A stretch of DNA of 64,000 nucleotides from Bugula neritina (Eukaryota; Animalia; Bryozoa). The notes under the pieces are model-generated. The model worked only from the letters and a program-made list of their open reading frames with translations. It ran no database searches and was not told the origin of the DNA. The stretch spans positions 34,223,504 to 34,287,503 of the forward strand of contig OZ037765.1 of assembly GCA_964035545.1 (NCBI GenBank). The letters are read 5' to 3'. Positions 62,475 to 64,000 of this stretch are shown here, piece after piece. Both the position numbers and the translations under genes were made by a program. Positions within the stretch are counted from its first letter, which is position 1, and each line of letters starts with the position of its first letter.

Positions 62475-64000
62475 TACTGCAAGCTGTATGTTTTTAGCAT
62501 ATATGAAAATGGGGCATTTAAAAGGCGGTTGTCCACTCGAATTCATATACCTGTGCAAATAGTTTTATCTGTTATGCCTTTGAAGGCCACATAAATGTAG
62601 GGGAGGGGGAGGGGAGGCACATCCATGCCACCTGTTGGACAGCTCTGCTTGAGGCAACGAGCAATAAATATTTTAAGAGTTGTATTCCTTTAAAGTGAAA
62701 ATTTACTTTGCTTCGGATATGGTTTTCAACAAAAATTATAACATTTGTAATATATACAAAAATGTGTTTCCATAAAAAAAATTTATGAGTAAATTTGACT
62801 ATAAAAACTGAATTTGTGAATAATTGTAGTACGCGAACGACAGAATAAAACCATTACATGTGCAGTTCCGGCGTACAAAGTCATGGCTACTACCAGTGAA
62901 TCAACCGCAACTGCAATAAATGATACTTGGGCCATTGCTTCCTTTTCAAAGGCGAATGAATTTTTGGGATTCTCTTCATTTGACACTAGCAATGTTATTT
63001 TGACAAATAGGCAGTCTATGTCAATATATAAGGTAACATATTTCATTTTCTGTAATGCTAATTTGAGGAATTTTTATAAACATAATCATAATAAAATTAA
63101 TATTGTTGTACTAGTCAAGTAGTAGTACAGTACTACTAGACACTAGTATAAGTATAATTACAACCAGTAGTACTTATAGTAGTATTAGTACTACTACTAG
63201 TACTAGTAGTACTAATAGTACTACTACTAGTACTAGTACTAAACGCTTAAACAGTAACCAGTACCCGGTCCAGATGCAGCAGACGTTGTACTCAAGTTCA
63301 AGTTGTAGTAGTACTACTACTAGTACTATGGTAGACTGGTAGGACCTGTACTTTGACTTGCAGTAAAATTCATACTTATTACGTAGTTACACTTTGACTT
63401 TCAGTTTTTTGCTTTCAGTTTTAGTGTTCGTAGTACAACTTCTATTAAATTTTGTTTATTTCTAACAGTAGCTGACTAACTCTAGTAACTTAAACTGGTG
63501 TGAGTATATCTAAACTAAGATTGGTAAAAACACAACTTTAGTTAGTTACTGTAACACTAACTATTAGTTGGAGTCTACTTCATGACTTGTATTTGTACGA
63601 ATAGTGATAATCACAGTATGAATAACTCAATAACTATAAGCGAAGATAAGTTAAAGTGTTTTAGTAAAATTAAATAACAACTTACTCTTACTGACTAAAC
63701 ACTCGGTCAAAGTCATTCACGGTCGCTAAAAAGTGAATAGTGGTATAATAGTAAAGTCAATTCAACGTAGGGCTAATGCAGCTCTGAGTGACGCCGAGTC
63801 AAACAGTTATTAATTATTATGATAATCGATGTAAACAGCAGAAATTTTTTCAACTTGATTTTAAATTGACTAATTCGTAATAACTATAAGTCTTGGATTA
63901 AATCAGTTGATACTCGCGTTTTAATTAAGCCTCTCGGTGAATGGCACTGAGTCCTAACAAATATTTAAAGTGAATTTCAGTGATTACTATTGAGTATTGA
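62475..64000. repeat. Segmental duplicate of ~17885-19445 (region between the ROCO-caspase 3' end and NOL11)
   Basis: Collinear high similarity, including paired ORFs 18204-18467 and 62783-63046; runs to the window edge. Confidence 0.92.

Overview
AT-rich, intron-containing animal (invertebrate-type) genomic DNA. It is dominated by two tandem + strand paralogues (gene A ~4018-17043, gene B ~28058-58348) of one multi-exon gene. The predicted architecture is: N-myristoylation peptide (MGQSES), short N-cap, an array of symmetric 144-nt phase-2/2 LRR cassette exons (8 in A, 7 in B), a ROC GTPase-COR exon, an acidic linker and a C-terminal caspase (peptidase C14) domain with His/Cys dyad. The LRR cassettes vary mostly at predicted ligand-facing positions, while the two caspase modules are very divergent and have non-canonical active-site pentapeptides (HACSG, EVCSG). 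Gene A has an in-frame TGA in its small-subunit region. Gene B looks intact although ~20 kb of partly nested transposons sit in its LRR introns: two inverted copies of a CAC..GTG element, a 9-bp-TSD Mutator-like element carrying USP-deubiquitinase exons, an intact Mag-like Ty3/Gypsy and a decayed Gypsy. A degenerate 5' part of NOL11 lies between the paralogues, and its upstream flank recurs at the window end, so the duplicated unit is [ROCO-caspase + NOL11 5' region]. One splice junction (last LRR cassette to ROC exon) needs a frame-correcting micro-exon that I can only propose. Best reading (inference): a diversifying intracellular sensor-switch-protease immune receptor locus, NLR-like in logic but built on a ROCO scaffold.
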